In this document: positions 54,885 through 64,000 of the stretch, in pieces
How positions within the stretch are numbered: the first letter of the stretch is position 1
Layout: every line of letters begins with the position of its first letter
Source: an uncultured virus (IMG/VR IMGVR_UViG_3300027708_000002)
Taxonomy: Duplodnaviria; Heunggongvirae; Uroviricota; Caudoviricetes
Virus record (IMG/VR): IMGVR_UViG_3300027708_000002
DNA: 64,000 bases
Strand: one strand, 5' to 3'
The notes under the pieces: generated by a model
Told to the model about the DNA's origin: nothing
The model's input: only the letters and a program-made list of their open reading frames with translations
The model's database searches: none
Program-made: the position numbers and the translations under genes

Positions 54885-57800
54885 ATGGACTTGCAAAATG
54901 TGCTGACCGCACTGCGGAATGCGGATGCGGCGGGTGACACGCAAGCTGCCCAACAGTTAGCACGGATCGCCCAATCCATGCGATCAGCCCCTTCCGAAGA
55001 GTCAGACATTGAGGCACGTTTGCAACAGCTACGTGCCGAACGCGAGGAGTTGCTCAAGCCAAAACCCACAGTTGGCGGCAACATCAAAGAGGCGTTCAAA
55101 GGCGTAGTCCCCGGTGCAATTGGCTTGCTTGAAACTGCGGGAACTGGTATCGCAGCGTTGCTCCCCGACGACACAGAAAAGGCTGTGCGGGAACAAATCA
55201 AAGAGATTGCTGGCGTTGCCAAAAAACCATTTGAAGCGAGTGCGGGTTATGAAGATTCCGTCGGTCGTAAGTTAGGTGAAGGTTTAGGTTCAACCCTACC
55301 GTTCTTTGCCGCTGGCCCCCTCGGTATAGTTGGGCGTGTTGCCGCTAGTGGTCTTGGTGTTGCTGCTGGCGCTGGTGAAGCTCGTGAGGGTGCTGAAGCC
55401 AAGGGCGCAACTAAAGAAGAACGTTCTACCGCCACACTACTCGGCGCACCTACTGGTCTGCTGGACATGCTGGCACCCCAGATTAAACCGTTTAAGAGTC
55501 TGGTAGGCACCGCACTAGCACGTGGTGGCATAGAGGGCGCAACGGAAGCCGCACAGAAAATAGCCCAGAACTTGATCGCCAAGGGTGTGTATGACCCCGA
55601 GCAACCTATTGTGGCTGGCTCTGGGGAAGAGGGTGCGTACGGCGCTGGAGTTGGTGCACTAGCTAGCTTGATTGTTGACATGACCGTGGGCCGTAAGGCT
55701 CGCCGCGCATCATTGGGGCTGGACAAAGAAACCCCTGCACCGGGGGGCGAAAAACCTGCTGCTGGGCAACAACTGTTGGGATACACCCCGCCTACGCCTA
55801 TGGTTACCCCCGAGGGGGAAACACTCACCACCACCGAACAGCAAGAAGCGTATGCGGCGCGGAAAAAAGCAGATGCGCAACAACGTGTACAAGACATACA
55901 AACTTCTGACCCCCTTGCCAACTTGTCCGCTGACCAACGCGACCTTGCACGTCGTGGTAAAGAAGCCGCACTAGCCGAAGCATTCGGACAAAAGCAAGAG
56001 CCGGGGCAGCTTGGCTTGCCGGGAATTGAGCGTGAAGACGGTACTGTAGAGGTGCCCGGCCAAGGGCGCATATCCCCCAAAGCCGTAGAAGAAGTTAGGG
56101 CGGGGGAAGAAGTTGCGCCCAAGCAAGACACCCAAACCCGCGACATGATCGACGAGTTGGAAACCCAACAAATCGAAGAGATGCAGCAGGCCGATGCTGC
56201 AAAGCAAGACAAGGCTAAAGCGGATGAGGCACGCCTAAAGTTTGAGTCTGACCTTGCCGAATTGACTGGGCAGGTAGATAGGAAGCAGGAAAAAACAACT
56301 CAGGACACGCGCCTTGAGTTGTTACTGCCAATTGTTGAGTCAGACACTAAGAACATCCCTAAAGCATTTGTACAGAGTCTTAAGCGTGAGGGCATCACCA
56401 ACACCAACCTCACTGACCGTGAACGTGACCTTATCAACCGTGCCTACGACATTCGGCTGGCAGAGGCACCCGTGTTTGAAACCCTGCCGGTAATTAAACA
56501 GCCCGAAGGACAACTTAAAGCAATCGAGTCCCTTATTCCTGAAAAGAAGTCACAGCGTGTACCTGAACAGGTGGGTTTCCCGGGCATGGGTAAGCCGAAG
56601 GGTGCCGCACCCCAAGCGTTCTCTAAAGAAGAGCTTGCACTCCAAGAAGATCAAGATAAACAATTCGATACGGTGCTTACACCCGAGGTGTTGGCTAGCG
56701 CTGGGCTACCAAAGCAGTCGGGGTTCTATAAGCAGTTACTGAACATGGACATGGCTGATGCCGCTCAGCAGCCCATAGTTGCAAATATTTTTGGCCGTAT
56801 ACGTACTAACGCTAGCCTATCCGCATCGACTAAGGACGCAGTTGAAAACCTAGCTATGCGAGCATTTGGCGGACTTGCTAAGCAAGGCGATATGTTTGTA
56901 CCGGCTACACCCACTACACCCACTAACACCACTAAGGAAGGTAAGAAAGATGCGACCCCAGCAAAGCCAGCCGCCAAAGAACCTGTCGCACGAGGACGTG
57001 GTACGGACACAGGAAATGTCGCTGGAGGAACTAGAACTAGCGATGCAGGTAGTAAAGTTAGCGGAGGGGAAGACAAGCGTGCTGGAGTTTCTGCCGATAC
57101 CGAACAGCCTAAAGCACCTAAGTCCGCTGGATTGGGAAGTAGTGGGAAACCTGCTAATGTCTCTGGAGTACGAGCAAGCGTGGAGCCGAGTGCACTGAAG
57201 AAGGCCGAGCCGAAGGCCGAAGCTAAGCCCGAGGCTAAACCGGAAGTCAAGGCAGCGCCGAAGGTCGAGAAGGCCAAGCCAGAAACCAAGGCCGAAGCCA
57301 AGCCGGAAGTTAAGGCCGAAGCTAAGCCTGAAGCTAAGTCGACAGCCAAACCCGAGAAGGCCCAATCTAACGCAAGTTTCGGTGCGTACGGTCAAGTGAT
57401 GGAGGCTGAAAGCCGGTCGGATGCGCTTGACTATTTGGCGTATGACATGTACATAGCCATGTTTGAGAAGTTCAAACTGCTTACCCGCATTGACACGCTC
57501 AACGACATTAATGCACAGCTTCGCAACGGCCAAATACCCGAGGTTGCATTCGGGCGTGAAGGTACAACTTCTATCGTGCCGTTGAGCGGTGGTAAGTATG
57601 CCAAGGCGTTTTACGAATCCCTGACGACGGCAGACAAGAAAGCACTTGCAGGAAAAATGGCCGAGCACTTTGGCGCATCCGAAAATGCGGTGCGTCGTGG
57701 CACTGCGCAATTCAGCGCACAACAAGAGTTGGCCCGTGCTACTTCTGAGCAATTCAACGGCGATGTTCTAGAGCTTGCAAAAGATGCGGCGACCCTAAGT

Positions 57801-60800
57801 ATGCCTTTGCACCCTGCCATCCGTAAGGCGTTGGAGGCCGGTGATCTGCGCGGCGCTCTGACTATGCTGGGTTCGCAAAACCTTGGCCGTGCATCTACGG
57901 CTGCTAAAAAGTTGTCCGACGCAATCGGCAAGACTAAAGTCAAACTGGTTGCAGGTTTGAAGAACGATGCGGGTAACCCCGTTGCAGGTCTGTACGATCC
58001 CAAGACAGACACTATTACGCTAGACGCGGGTGCGGGTTTAAATAATCACGTGCTATTACATGAAGTTGTACACGCCGCCACCTCACATGTGCTAGATAAC
58101 AAGTCACACCCAGTGACTAAACAACTTACAGAGCTTTACAACAATGTCAAAGACTCACTAGACACGGCGTACGGTGCGCAGTCTCTGGACGAGTTCGTTG
58201 CCGAAGCTTTCAGTAATCCAGAGTTCCAACAGAAGTTGGCAGGGATTAACCCCAAGGGTGAACCCATTACTGCGTTGCGTCGGTTCATGCACGCTATTAG
58301 GAATTTCATGCGTACCCTCATGGGTACTGGAACAAAGAGTATGGATACGGCGCTCGACGCTTCCGACTCGTTGACCAACGCTATCCTGTCCCCTGCACCT
58401 GAGTACCGCGATGCGGGGTCGCTATTTGCGGCATCCTTATTGGGTAAGAGTTCCGCAGTTTTCAAGTCTTTGGACGACCGAATCCTCTCGCTACCAGCGA
58501 TGGACAACAAGATTGTTAGTGGTATCTACGAGTTGTTCCGTGAAGGAGTACCTTCAGCCACTAAAAAAATCGTGCTTCGTAGCTTGCCGCTAAACGCGCT
58601 AACAGAGGTCGCCAAAAAAGATATCCCCATGGCCCCTAAACTATCCGAGTTGGAAAAGCTTTGGAGTGGCGCGGTCGATAAGCGCAAGCAAGCTGCGCAA
58701 GCTACCATGAAAAACATCCAGAACTGGATTAAAGGCAACCCCGAGAAAGAAGCTACGTTAAACGACGTTATTGCTAACAGCACGTTGGAGCAGGTTGACC
58801 CATCTAAGCCCCGCGCTGACTACAAAGGCCAGCAGTCCGAAAGCGGCGCAGACAAGCAAAAAGTGTGGGACGACCTGCAACCTAAGTGGAACAAGCTTGG
58901 CCCCGAGGGGCAGAGTGCTTACAAGCAGATGCGTGACACGTACGCCAAGACTTATGGCGAGTTAGTTGACTTGTTGCTTGCTAGGGTTGACTCTTCCGTA
59001 AAAGACAAAGAAGACGCCAAGAAACTTAAAGCTGAGATTTACCAGCGCCTTATGGCTAAAGGCAAGATCGAACCGTACTTCCCACTATCACGTTCCGGCG
59101 ACTACCGCCTCTCATACGACCTTAAAGGGGAGCACTACGTCGAGCACTATGAGAATTCGGTTGATCGTGAACGGGCAATAAAGGCGCTGGAAGCCGACGG
59201 CACGGCTAAGAACGTGCAGAGATTTAAGAGTGGTGATTCCAAGCGGACGTATAAAGATGCGCCGTCAACATCGTTTGTAAATTCTGTGTTGCGTACGCTA
59301 GACGCTAACAAAGTTGATCCCGAAGTAACCGACGAGATCATGCGCACTTTCCTAAACATGATGCCGGAGTCGTCGTTTGCACAGGCGTTCCGTAAACGTA
59401 AGAACACGCCCGGTTTTAACTTTGATGCAACCGCCACGTTCTATACCCGGTCTATGGGCATGGCCCACCAGATGGCTAATCTTGAATACGGTAACAAGAT
59501 GTACCAACTGCGCGATGAGATTGAGGAACACGTCAAAACAAAGAATACTACTGAACCCGCCCGTGCTATGGCCGACGAACTGAACGGTCACATCAAGACA
59601 TTGGTAAGTCCTGAAATTGCACCTTGGTCAAAGGCTCTGACCTCCACAGCTTTTGGTTGGACATTGGGTTTTAACGTATCGTCTGCGGTCGTCAACTTGT
59701 CGCAAGTCCCACTGGTGATGGTGCCTTACCTCGGCGGTAAGTACGGCTACTCCGAAACGACTAAAGCCATAGGTTCAGCAACCCGTTTGTTTTTCGGCAG
59801 CGGCCTCAAACGCAACGCCGAGATGACTGTACCTACCGCTGACGGCAAGTCCAAGATCGAACTGAAAGCCAGCTTCTCTTTGGACAATTACGACTTTGAT
59901 GCCAAGGGGGTTCCAGAAGATGTTAAGCAACTAAAAGAATTATCTGAAGTTGCAGCGGACTACGGCTTACTTAGCCGGTCATTGACGCACGACATTCTAG
60001 ACATGGACGAGAAGTCCACTGTACTTAACCGTGTAAACGCATGGTCTGGGTTTATCTTCCACCATGGCGAGCGTATGAATCGTCAGGTTTCGCTGATTGC
60101 TTCTTACAAGCTTGAGCTTGAGCGCATGGCTAAAGCCGGTGAAGATATCAACAGCGCCTCACGCACCGAAGCGGCCAAACGCGCCGTGGAGATTACTGAG
60201 TTGATGAACGGTGGCGCATCCGCAGGTAGTGCCCCGCTGCTGGCAAAGAACTCGCTGGGCAAGGTCTTGTTCATGTACAAGCGGTACGGTGTTTCCATGT
60301 ATTACATGATGTTCAAGACGGCCCGGGAAGCTATGAAGTCTGAGGACAAGCAAGTACGCGACGCTGCTATGCGGCAAATCGTGGGTATTTATGCCTCCGC
60401 AGGAATGATGGCTGGGGTGCAGGGTCTGCCAATGTTTGGCATCTTGGCTGCTGTATATAACTTGTTCAAGGGTGATGACGAGGACGATGCCGAGACCGCT
60501 GCACGCAAGTATCTTGGTGAGGGTCTGTTCAACGGCGCAGTCAACTACCTGACCGGCAGTGCCATCTCCAACCGTATCGGCTTGTCTGACCTGCTGATTA
60601 GCAGCACGGGATATAAAGAGCAAGACAACGCAATGTTGGCCTTTATGCAGCTTATGGGTGGCCCGGTTTACGGTGTTGCTGATCGGATACAGCAAGGCGT
60701 TAAGATGATTAACGAGGGTGACACCGAACGTGGTTTGGAGCGCATGCTTCCCGCAGGTATCGCCAACGGTATGAAAGGTATCCGGTTTGCCACAGAAGGT

Positions 60801-61199
60801 GCCAACACACTGCGTGGAGACCCCATTACCGGTGAGATGTCAACATCTAATGCAGCGGCGCAATTCTTTGGGTTTGCCCCCGCCGAATACACCCGTCAGC
60901 TAGAGATCAACGCTTCCCTAAAGAACATCGACCGACGCGCCGCTACACAACGCACCAAGGCGTTGCGCGACTACTACATTGCTGCACGGGTCGGGGATAC
61001 TGATGGGATGGCTGATGCCATGGAGGACATGATGAAGTTCAACCGTGCCCACCCCGGATATGCGATTACAGCTAAGACGGTGCAGAATTCTATGGCTCAG
61101 CACATGAGAACAACTCAGTCTATGTACCACGGCGTTACCTTCAGCAAGGGTATGCGCAACGAGCTATTGCAGAACGCTTCGGAGTTTGACGAGGATTAA
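54885..61199 (+). CDS. very large internal virion protein with zincin-like HExxH domain
   Basis: 2104 aa; GLYDP..DTI...LLHEVVHA...DEFVAEAFSNPEFQ. Confidence 0.75.
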   Translation: MDLQNVLTALRNADAAGDTQAAQQLARIAQSMRSAPSEESDIEARLQQLRAEREELLKPKPTVGGNIKEAFKGVVPGAIGLLETAGTGIAALLPDDTEKAVREQIKEIAGVAKKPFEASAGYEDSVGRKLGEGLGSTLPFFAAGPLGIVGRVAASGLGVAAGAGEAREGAEAKGATKEERSTATLLGAPTGLLDMLAPQIKPFKSLVGTALARGGIEGATEAAQKIAQNLIAKGVYDPEQPIVAGSGEEGAYGAGVGALASLIVDMTVGRKARRASLGLDKETPAPGGEKPAAGQQLLGYTPPTPMVTPEGETLTTTEQQEAYAARKKADAQQRVQDIQTSDPLANLSADQRDLARRGKEAALAEAFGQKQEPGQLGLPGIEREDGTVEVPGQGRISPKAVEEVRAGEEVAPKQDTQTRDMIDELETQQIEEMQQADAAKQDKAKADEARLKFESDLAELTGQVDRKQEKTTQDTRLELLLPIVESDTKNIPKAFVQSLKREGITNTNLTDRERDLINRAYDIRLAEAPVFETLPVIKQPEGQLKAIESLIPEKKSQRVPEQVGFPGMGKPKGAAPQAFSKEELALQEDQDKQFDTVLTPEVLASAGLPKQSGFYKQLLNMDMADAAQQPIVANIFGRIRTNASLSASTKDAVENLAMRAFGGLAKQGDMFVPATPTTPTNTTKEGKKDATPAKPAAKEPVARGRGTDTGNVAGGTRTSDAGSKVSGGEDKRAGVSADTEQPKAPKSAGLGSSGKPANVSGVRASVEPSALKKAEPKAEAKPEAKPEVKAAPKVEKAKPETKAEAKPEVKAEAKPEAKSTAKPEKAQSNASFGAYGQVMEAESRSDALDYLAYDMYIAMFEKFKLLTRIDTLNDINAQLRNGQIPEVAFGREGTTSIVPLSGGKYAKAFYESLTTADKKALAGKMAEHFGASENAVRRGTAQFSAQQELARATSEQFNGDVLELAKDAATLSMPLHPAIRKALEAGDLRGALTMLGSQNLGRASTAAKKLSDAIGKTKVKLVAGLKNDAGNPVAGLYDPKTDTITLDAGAGLNNHVLLHEVVHAATSHVLDNKSHPVTKQLTELYNNVKDSLDTAYGAQSLDEFVAEAFSNPEFQQKLAGINPKGEPITALRRFMHAIRNFMRTLMGTGTKSMDTALDASDSLTNAILSPAPEYRDAGSLFAASLLGKSSAVFKSLDDRILSLPAMDNKIVSGIYELFREGVPSATKKIVLRSLPLNALTEVAKKDIPMAPKLSELEKLWSGAVDKRKQAAQATMKNIQNWIKGNPEKEATLNDVIANSTLEQVDPSKPRADYKGQQSESGADKQKVWDDLQPKWNKLGPEGQSAYKQMRDTYAKTYGELVDLLLARVDSSVKDKEDAKKLKAEIYQRLMAKGKIEPYFPLSRSGDYRLSYDLKGEHYVEHYENSVDRERAIKALEADGTAKNVQRFKSGDSKRTYKDAPSTSFVNSVLRTLDANKVDPEVTDEIMRTFLNMMPESSFAQAFRKRKNTPGFNFDATATFYTRSMGMAHQMANLEYGNKMYQLRDEIEEHVKTKNTTEPARAMADELNGHIKTLVSPEIAPWSKALTSTAFGWTLGFNVSSAVVNLSQVPLVMVPYLGGKYGYSETTKAIGSATRLFFGSGLKRNAEMTVPTADGKSKIELKASFSLDNYDFDAKGVPEDVKQLKELSEVAADYGLLSRSLTHDILDMDEKSTVLNRVNAWSGFIFHHGERMNRQVSLIASYKLELERMAKAGEDINSASRTEAAKRAVEITELMNGGASAGSAPLLAKNSLGKVLFMYKRYGVSMYYMMFKTAREAMKSEDKQVRDAAMRQIVGIYASAGMMAGVQGLPMFGILAAVYNLFKGDDEDDAETAARKYLGEGLFNGAVNYLTGSAISNRIGLSDLLISSTGYKEQDNAMLAFMQLMGGPVYGVADRIQQGVKMINEGDTERGLERMLPAGIANGMKGIRFATEGANTLRGDPITGEMSTSNAAAQFFGFAPAEYTRQLEINASLKNIDRRAATQRTKALRDYYIAARVGDTDGMADAMEDMMKFNRAHPGYAITAKTVQNSMAQHMRTTQSMYHGVTFSKGMRNELLQNASEFDED

Positions 61200-61228
61200 A
61201 AAAACCCCTGCTTTTTACGGCAGGGGTT
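61198..61228 (-). terminator. terminator between convergent arms (T tract on the minus strand)
   Basis: AACCCCTGC-CGTAAAAA-GCAGGGGTT-TTTTT. Confidence 0.8.
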
Positions 61229-61267
61229 AAATCCTTTTCCAAGGAGAACGAAGACAGGGAGACTGTC
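61198..61267 (-). ncRNA. candidate ~70-nt anti-RBS small RNA
   Basis: own promoter and terminator; 5' hairpin with UCUCC loop; UCUUCGUUCUCCUUG complementary to many phage leaders. Confidence 0.55.
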
Positions 61268-61273
61268 AAGCGG

Positions 61274-61302
61274 ATAGTATCACAGCCGCCGCCAAATGCG
61301 AA
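61274..61302 (-). promoter_or_regulatory. promoter of the candidate sRNA
   Basis: TTCGCA-17 bp-TACTAT with extended -10 (TGaTACTAT). Confidence 0.55.
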
Positions 61303-61543
61303 CCCCCCAGCGCCCTTTATCAATACCGGGCCTGTAGTGCATAACCCACCCCCACTCACTTGTTAGCTCGTGTACTTGCCGCACAAGTTCCAGCGTGTTT
61401 ATGCAGGGGATGAACACCGAAGAGTCCACCGGAAACTCATCCCAACGGACAACAATCCGCACCCCATCGGGTGCGATGTCGTTAATCCTAATCCTGTTTT
61501 TCGAACAGCGCGGCGGTTGTCGCCATAATTTGCTCAGTTTCAT
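61280..61543 (-). CDS. small hypothetical protein (possibly DNA-binding)
   Basis: W..F.V.SSVFIPC...GVRIWR; follows the primase. Confidence 0.55.
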   Translation of the reverse strand: MKLSKLWRQPPRCSKNRIRINDIAPDGVRIVVRWDEFPVDSSVFIPCINTLELVRQVHELTSEWGWVMHYRPGIDKGRWGVRIWRRL

Positions 61544-64000
61544 CGTTCAAAAACCCTGTGCAGTCCAGTATTAAAACGTCGGTCGGGGGCAGGTTTACAC
61601 GGGTGCCTTTGCCAAGCCTAGCTTTGGTCTTAATCGCCTTTGTACCCCCCGTCTTAAGACCGTCCACAAACCCTGCATAGTTGATCTGCTGCTTGCCGCA
61701 CCACTCTTTCAACGGCTTAACCAGCAAGTACAGCTTCTTAACGTCGTATTCATACCGCGCTACGAGTTGGCTTCGCGGTACGCCGTCTGGTTGCACGAGG
61801 TGATCCAGCATGCCAGCGGTAGTTCTTGAGTCATCAGTTGACTTAATACGGAGCATGTTGTTGTAGTTTTCTGCCATGTAGTCGGTCAGTTGGGACTCAA
61901 CACTCACGTTCATCTCGCTAACCATAGCTTTGGCATCGGCCATAACTTTGATAATCCACTGCACAATCGGCGCAATTTTCCAATCAATCAGTCCCGCCTT
62001 TTTAGCTACCATCAACGCTGCAATATCACGTGAGGCCAAAGCAGACCAATACCTGTTTTCAGCGGAAAGCTGCGATTCTGTATCCAGTCTCTTCTGTACC
62101 GCCTTGGTAAGTTCGTTAACTGCATCCAAATTATTCAGGATGTACTGTACGAAAATCACACCAGCATGCCCGTAGTTGTCTTTTATAGCGGCGCTAAATA
62201 CGTCGGTCTCAGCCTTGGTTGCAAACTTAACGGGCTCAACACGGCATTCAAGTACCCGCTGGGCTTCGGCTTGTGGCAGTGCTTTGTACAGTGCGATACG
62301 CTCTAGCATTGAGGTGTTACCCGTTGTGCCAAACAAAGTCTTCCAAGGCTTGCCTCGAACGCGCTCTACGTTACCCTTTGGCCCCATACGATTACGCTGC
62401 AAGCCACTAGGAATTTGGTACGCCCAGTCCGACAAGTCTTTTGGGCTAGTGTTGGTCATCTCGTCCATGTAGCAGACGATGTTCTTATACACCTCGGCAC
62501 GATTCATTTTTGAATTGAACGTGTCTCGCTCCTGCATGACCAACAGATCGGGATCGCCCCAAACGGATGCACCTGCGTACATCGCCGTGGTCTTGCCCAA
62601 ACCGGAACCCTTACTCCATGCATGGAAAGCGGCAGCGTTGATAGGCTGAAACTCCATTAAGACAGAACCCAACGACAATCCAAACATGAACTGGTGCAAC
62701 TCCATATTCGGCTGGTTGTAAAACTGCATGGTTTCTTTCCACTTCTCCAGCGTACCCTTAGTCTTAAAGATCGGGAACAGCCCTACGGTGGCAGAAGAGG
62801 GTGAACTTATGTCCACTCGGTCTTTAAAAATTTCCATGTTGCCAACAACAAACGACTCGTGGGATTTGTCTTTCCATCCAAACTGTCGGCATGCTTCGTC
62901 CGCCTCGGAGGTGAACTGCAACTCATTAACCCATTTCATTGTGTACTCCATAAGTTCTTGTACGTTAAGAACAGCCACGCCTTGTGAGGCAAGTAGCTTG
63001 CGAAATTCGTCTTTTGTACCCACTGCGGTGAGGGGCACCATAAATTCTCGAACACCATCACGAGGGAGGTGCAACCGCATCACCACAGACTCCCCAATCT
63101 CAGGGTCAACTACGCGCCGGATGACATAAAGATCGTTGAAGTAAATCAGTTGGTCTTTGTCTTCCCCTTCCTCGTCTTTACCGTGCTTGAACACGCCACC
63201 GTTTTTACCCCTAAAAAACGGGTGTGGGTACTTGGGTATCACGTATGCACGGGGGGTAGCCGCCGGTACGCCCAAGGGTTTTTCAAAAACTAAGTTGTCT
63301 GACTCTTCAGCTTCCTGAACTTCTCTTCCGAGGGCTATAGGAGAACTGATCTTGCCCCAGTGCGGACACTCACTACAAACACCCCCACGGTACTCGTCAA
63401 ACCTGCTGCACAAGTACGGGCCTTTGATCAGGTCTACCTTCTGCTCGGTGCTCTCAAATGTGTACTCAGGATGCTTCGATGAGATCTTATGGATTGCTTT
63501 ACCGCCATCAACACAAAATTTAGCTATCGACAACCCAGCCCTCCACAAGGGCTCTGATATGTTTGTTTGGTTGTTGATTACTTCCTTAAGTTGTTCACAC
63601 CCAGTACCCGCAACGGTCTTGACCAAAATGGTCTTGAACTTGCTGATGTAGCTACCCGACAGGGCTTGCATCATTGCATCCTGCTGTCTAGGTACGTACT
63701 TCCTAGGTGGGGTCATCACCGTTGCGTCGTCCCCTATGATGCTACAGAACGTGTCAAAGTCTACGGGTATACCGGGCTCCCCAACCAATACGACAGGTGC
63801 CGGAGGGTTAGACTTGTGGTTACTTGTATTGGGTACTCGTAGCACACGGGCCGCATCCGCTGGCACAGCAGGGTCTATCCGTAATCCTTTGGACTTGCAC
63901 AGCCGCTTAAATTGTTCGGCAACATGCACCCAAGTTTCCCTAGCTACAGGGGTGGTTAGCGGCCAATACACGTGTATCCCACGACCGGAATTTATAAGCG
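61488..64000 (-). CDS. primase-helicase (AEP/RepB-like N-terminus plus DUF927/SF3-like ATPase); 5' end outside the window
   Basis: frame open to the window edge giving NSGRGIHVYW; DAARVLRVP; SGLGKTT; YMDE. Confidence 0.85.
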   Translation of the reverse strand, partial: LINSGRGIHVYWPLTTPVARETWVHVAEQFKRLCKSKGLRIDPAVPADAARVLRVPNTSNHKSNPPAPVVLVGEPGIPVDFDTFCSIIGDDATVMTPPRKYVPRQQDAMMQALSGSYISKFKTILVKTVAGTGCEQLKEVINNQTNISEPLWRAGLSIAKFCVDGGKAIHKISSKHPEYTFESTEQKVDLIKGPYLCSRFDEYRGGVCSECPHWGKISSPIALGREVQEAEESDNLVFEKPLGVPAATPRAYVIPKYPHPFFRGKNGGVFKHGKDEEGEDKDQLIYFNDLYVIRRVVDPEIGESVVMRLHLPRDGVREFMVPLTAVGTKDEFRKLLASQGVAVLNVQELMEYTMKWVNELQFTSEADEACRQFGWKDKSHESFVVGNMEIFKDRVDISSPSSATVGLFPIFKTKGTLEKWKETMQFYNQPNMELHQFMFGLSLGSVLMEFQPINAAAFHAWSKGSGLGKTTAMYAGASVWGDPDLLVMQERDTFNSKMNRAEVYKNIVCYMDEMTNTSPKDLSDWAYQIPSGLQRNRMGPKGNVERVRGKPWKTLFGTTGNTSMLERIALYKALPQAEAQRVLECRVEPVKFATKAETDVFSAAIKDNYGHAGVIFVQYILNNLDAVNELTKAVQKRLDTESQLSAENRYWSALASRDIAALMVAKKAGLIDWKIAPIVQWIIKVMADAKAMVSEMNVSVESQLTDYMAENYNNMLRIKSTDDSRTTAGMLDHLVQPDGVPRSQLVARYEYDVKKLYLLVKPLKEWCGKQQINYAGFVDGLKTGGTKAIKTKARLGKGTRVNLPPTDVLILDCTGFLNDETEQIMATTAALFEKQD

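Noticed and set aside
1..64000. tRNA/rRNA genes or alternative genetic code
   Set aside because: No cloverleaf recognised in the intergenic gaps, and core genes are intact in the standard code.

Overview
The window is almost an entire ~64 kb tailed dsDNA phage genome, probably podovirus-like: it has large internal/ejection proteins and no tape measure, sheath or baseplate genes. The two arms diverge at ~21.5 kb. The minus-strand arm (1-21.4 kb, continued by 61.3-64 kb if the genome is circularly permuted) holds early and replication genes: SSB-like protein, SNF2 helicase, PD-(D/E)XK exonuclease, family A DNA polymerase, VRR-NUC, AAA+/VWA module, HNH endonucleases and a primase-helicase. The plus-strand arm (21.9-61.2 kb) holds terminase, portal, GroES, scaffold, capsid, tail/fibre, lysis and internal virion genes. 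I found no integrase, CI repressor, tRNA, CRISPR array or reverse transcriptase. The most striking signals are non-coding: (1) a ~70-nt candidate sRNA at 61267-61198, with its own promoter and terminator, complementary to a conserved GGAGAACGAAGA ribosome-binding motif in front of ~8 early/replication genes; (2) nine copies of a 17-bp palindrome in the early region; (3) two paralogous promoter-hairpin-operator cassettes with covarying stems; (4) an ori-like region with opposed GAAC iterons; (5) a chained-pseudoknot leader after the capsid gene. Several virion-region proteins also share a [YFM]-A-x-G-G tag. All product calls come from motif recognition by eye; no database searches were run.
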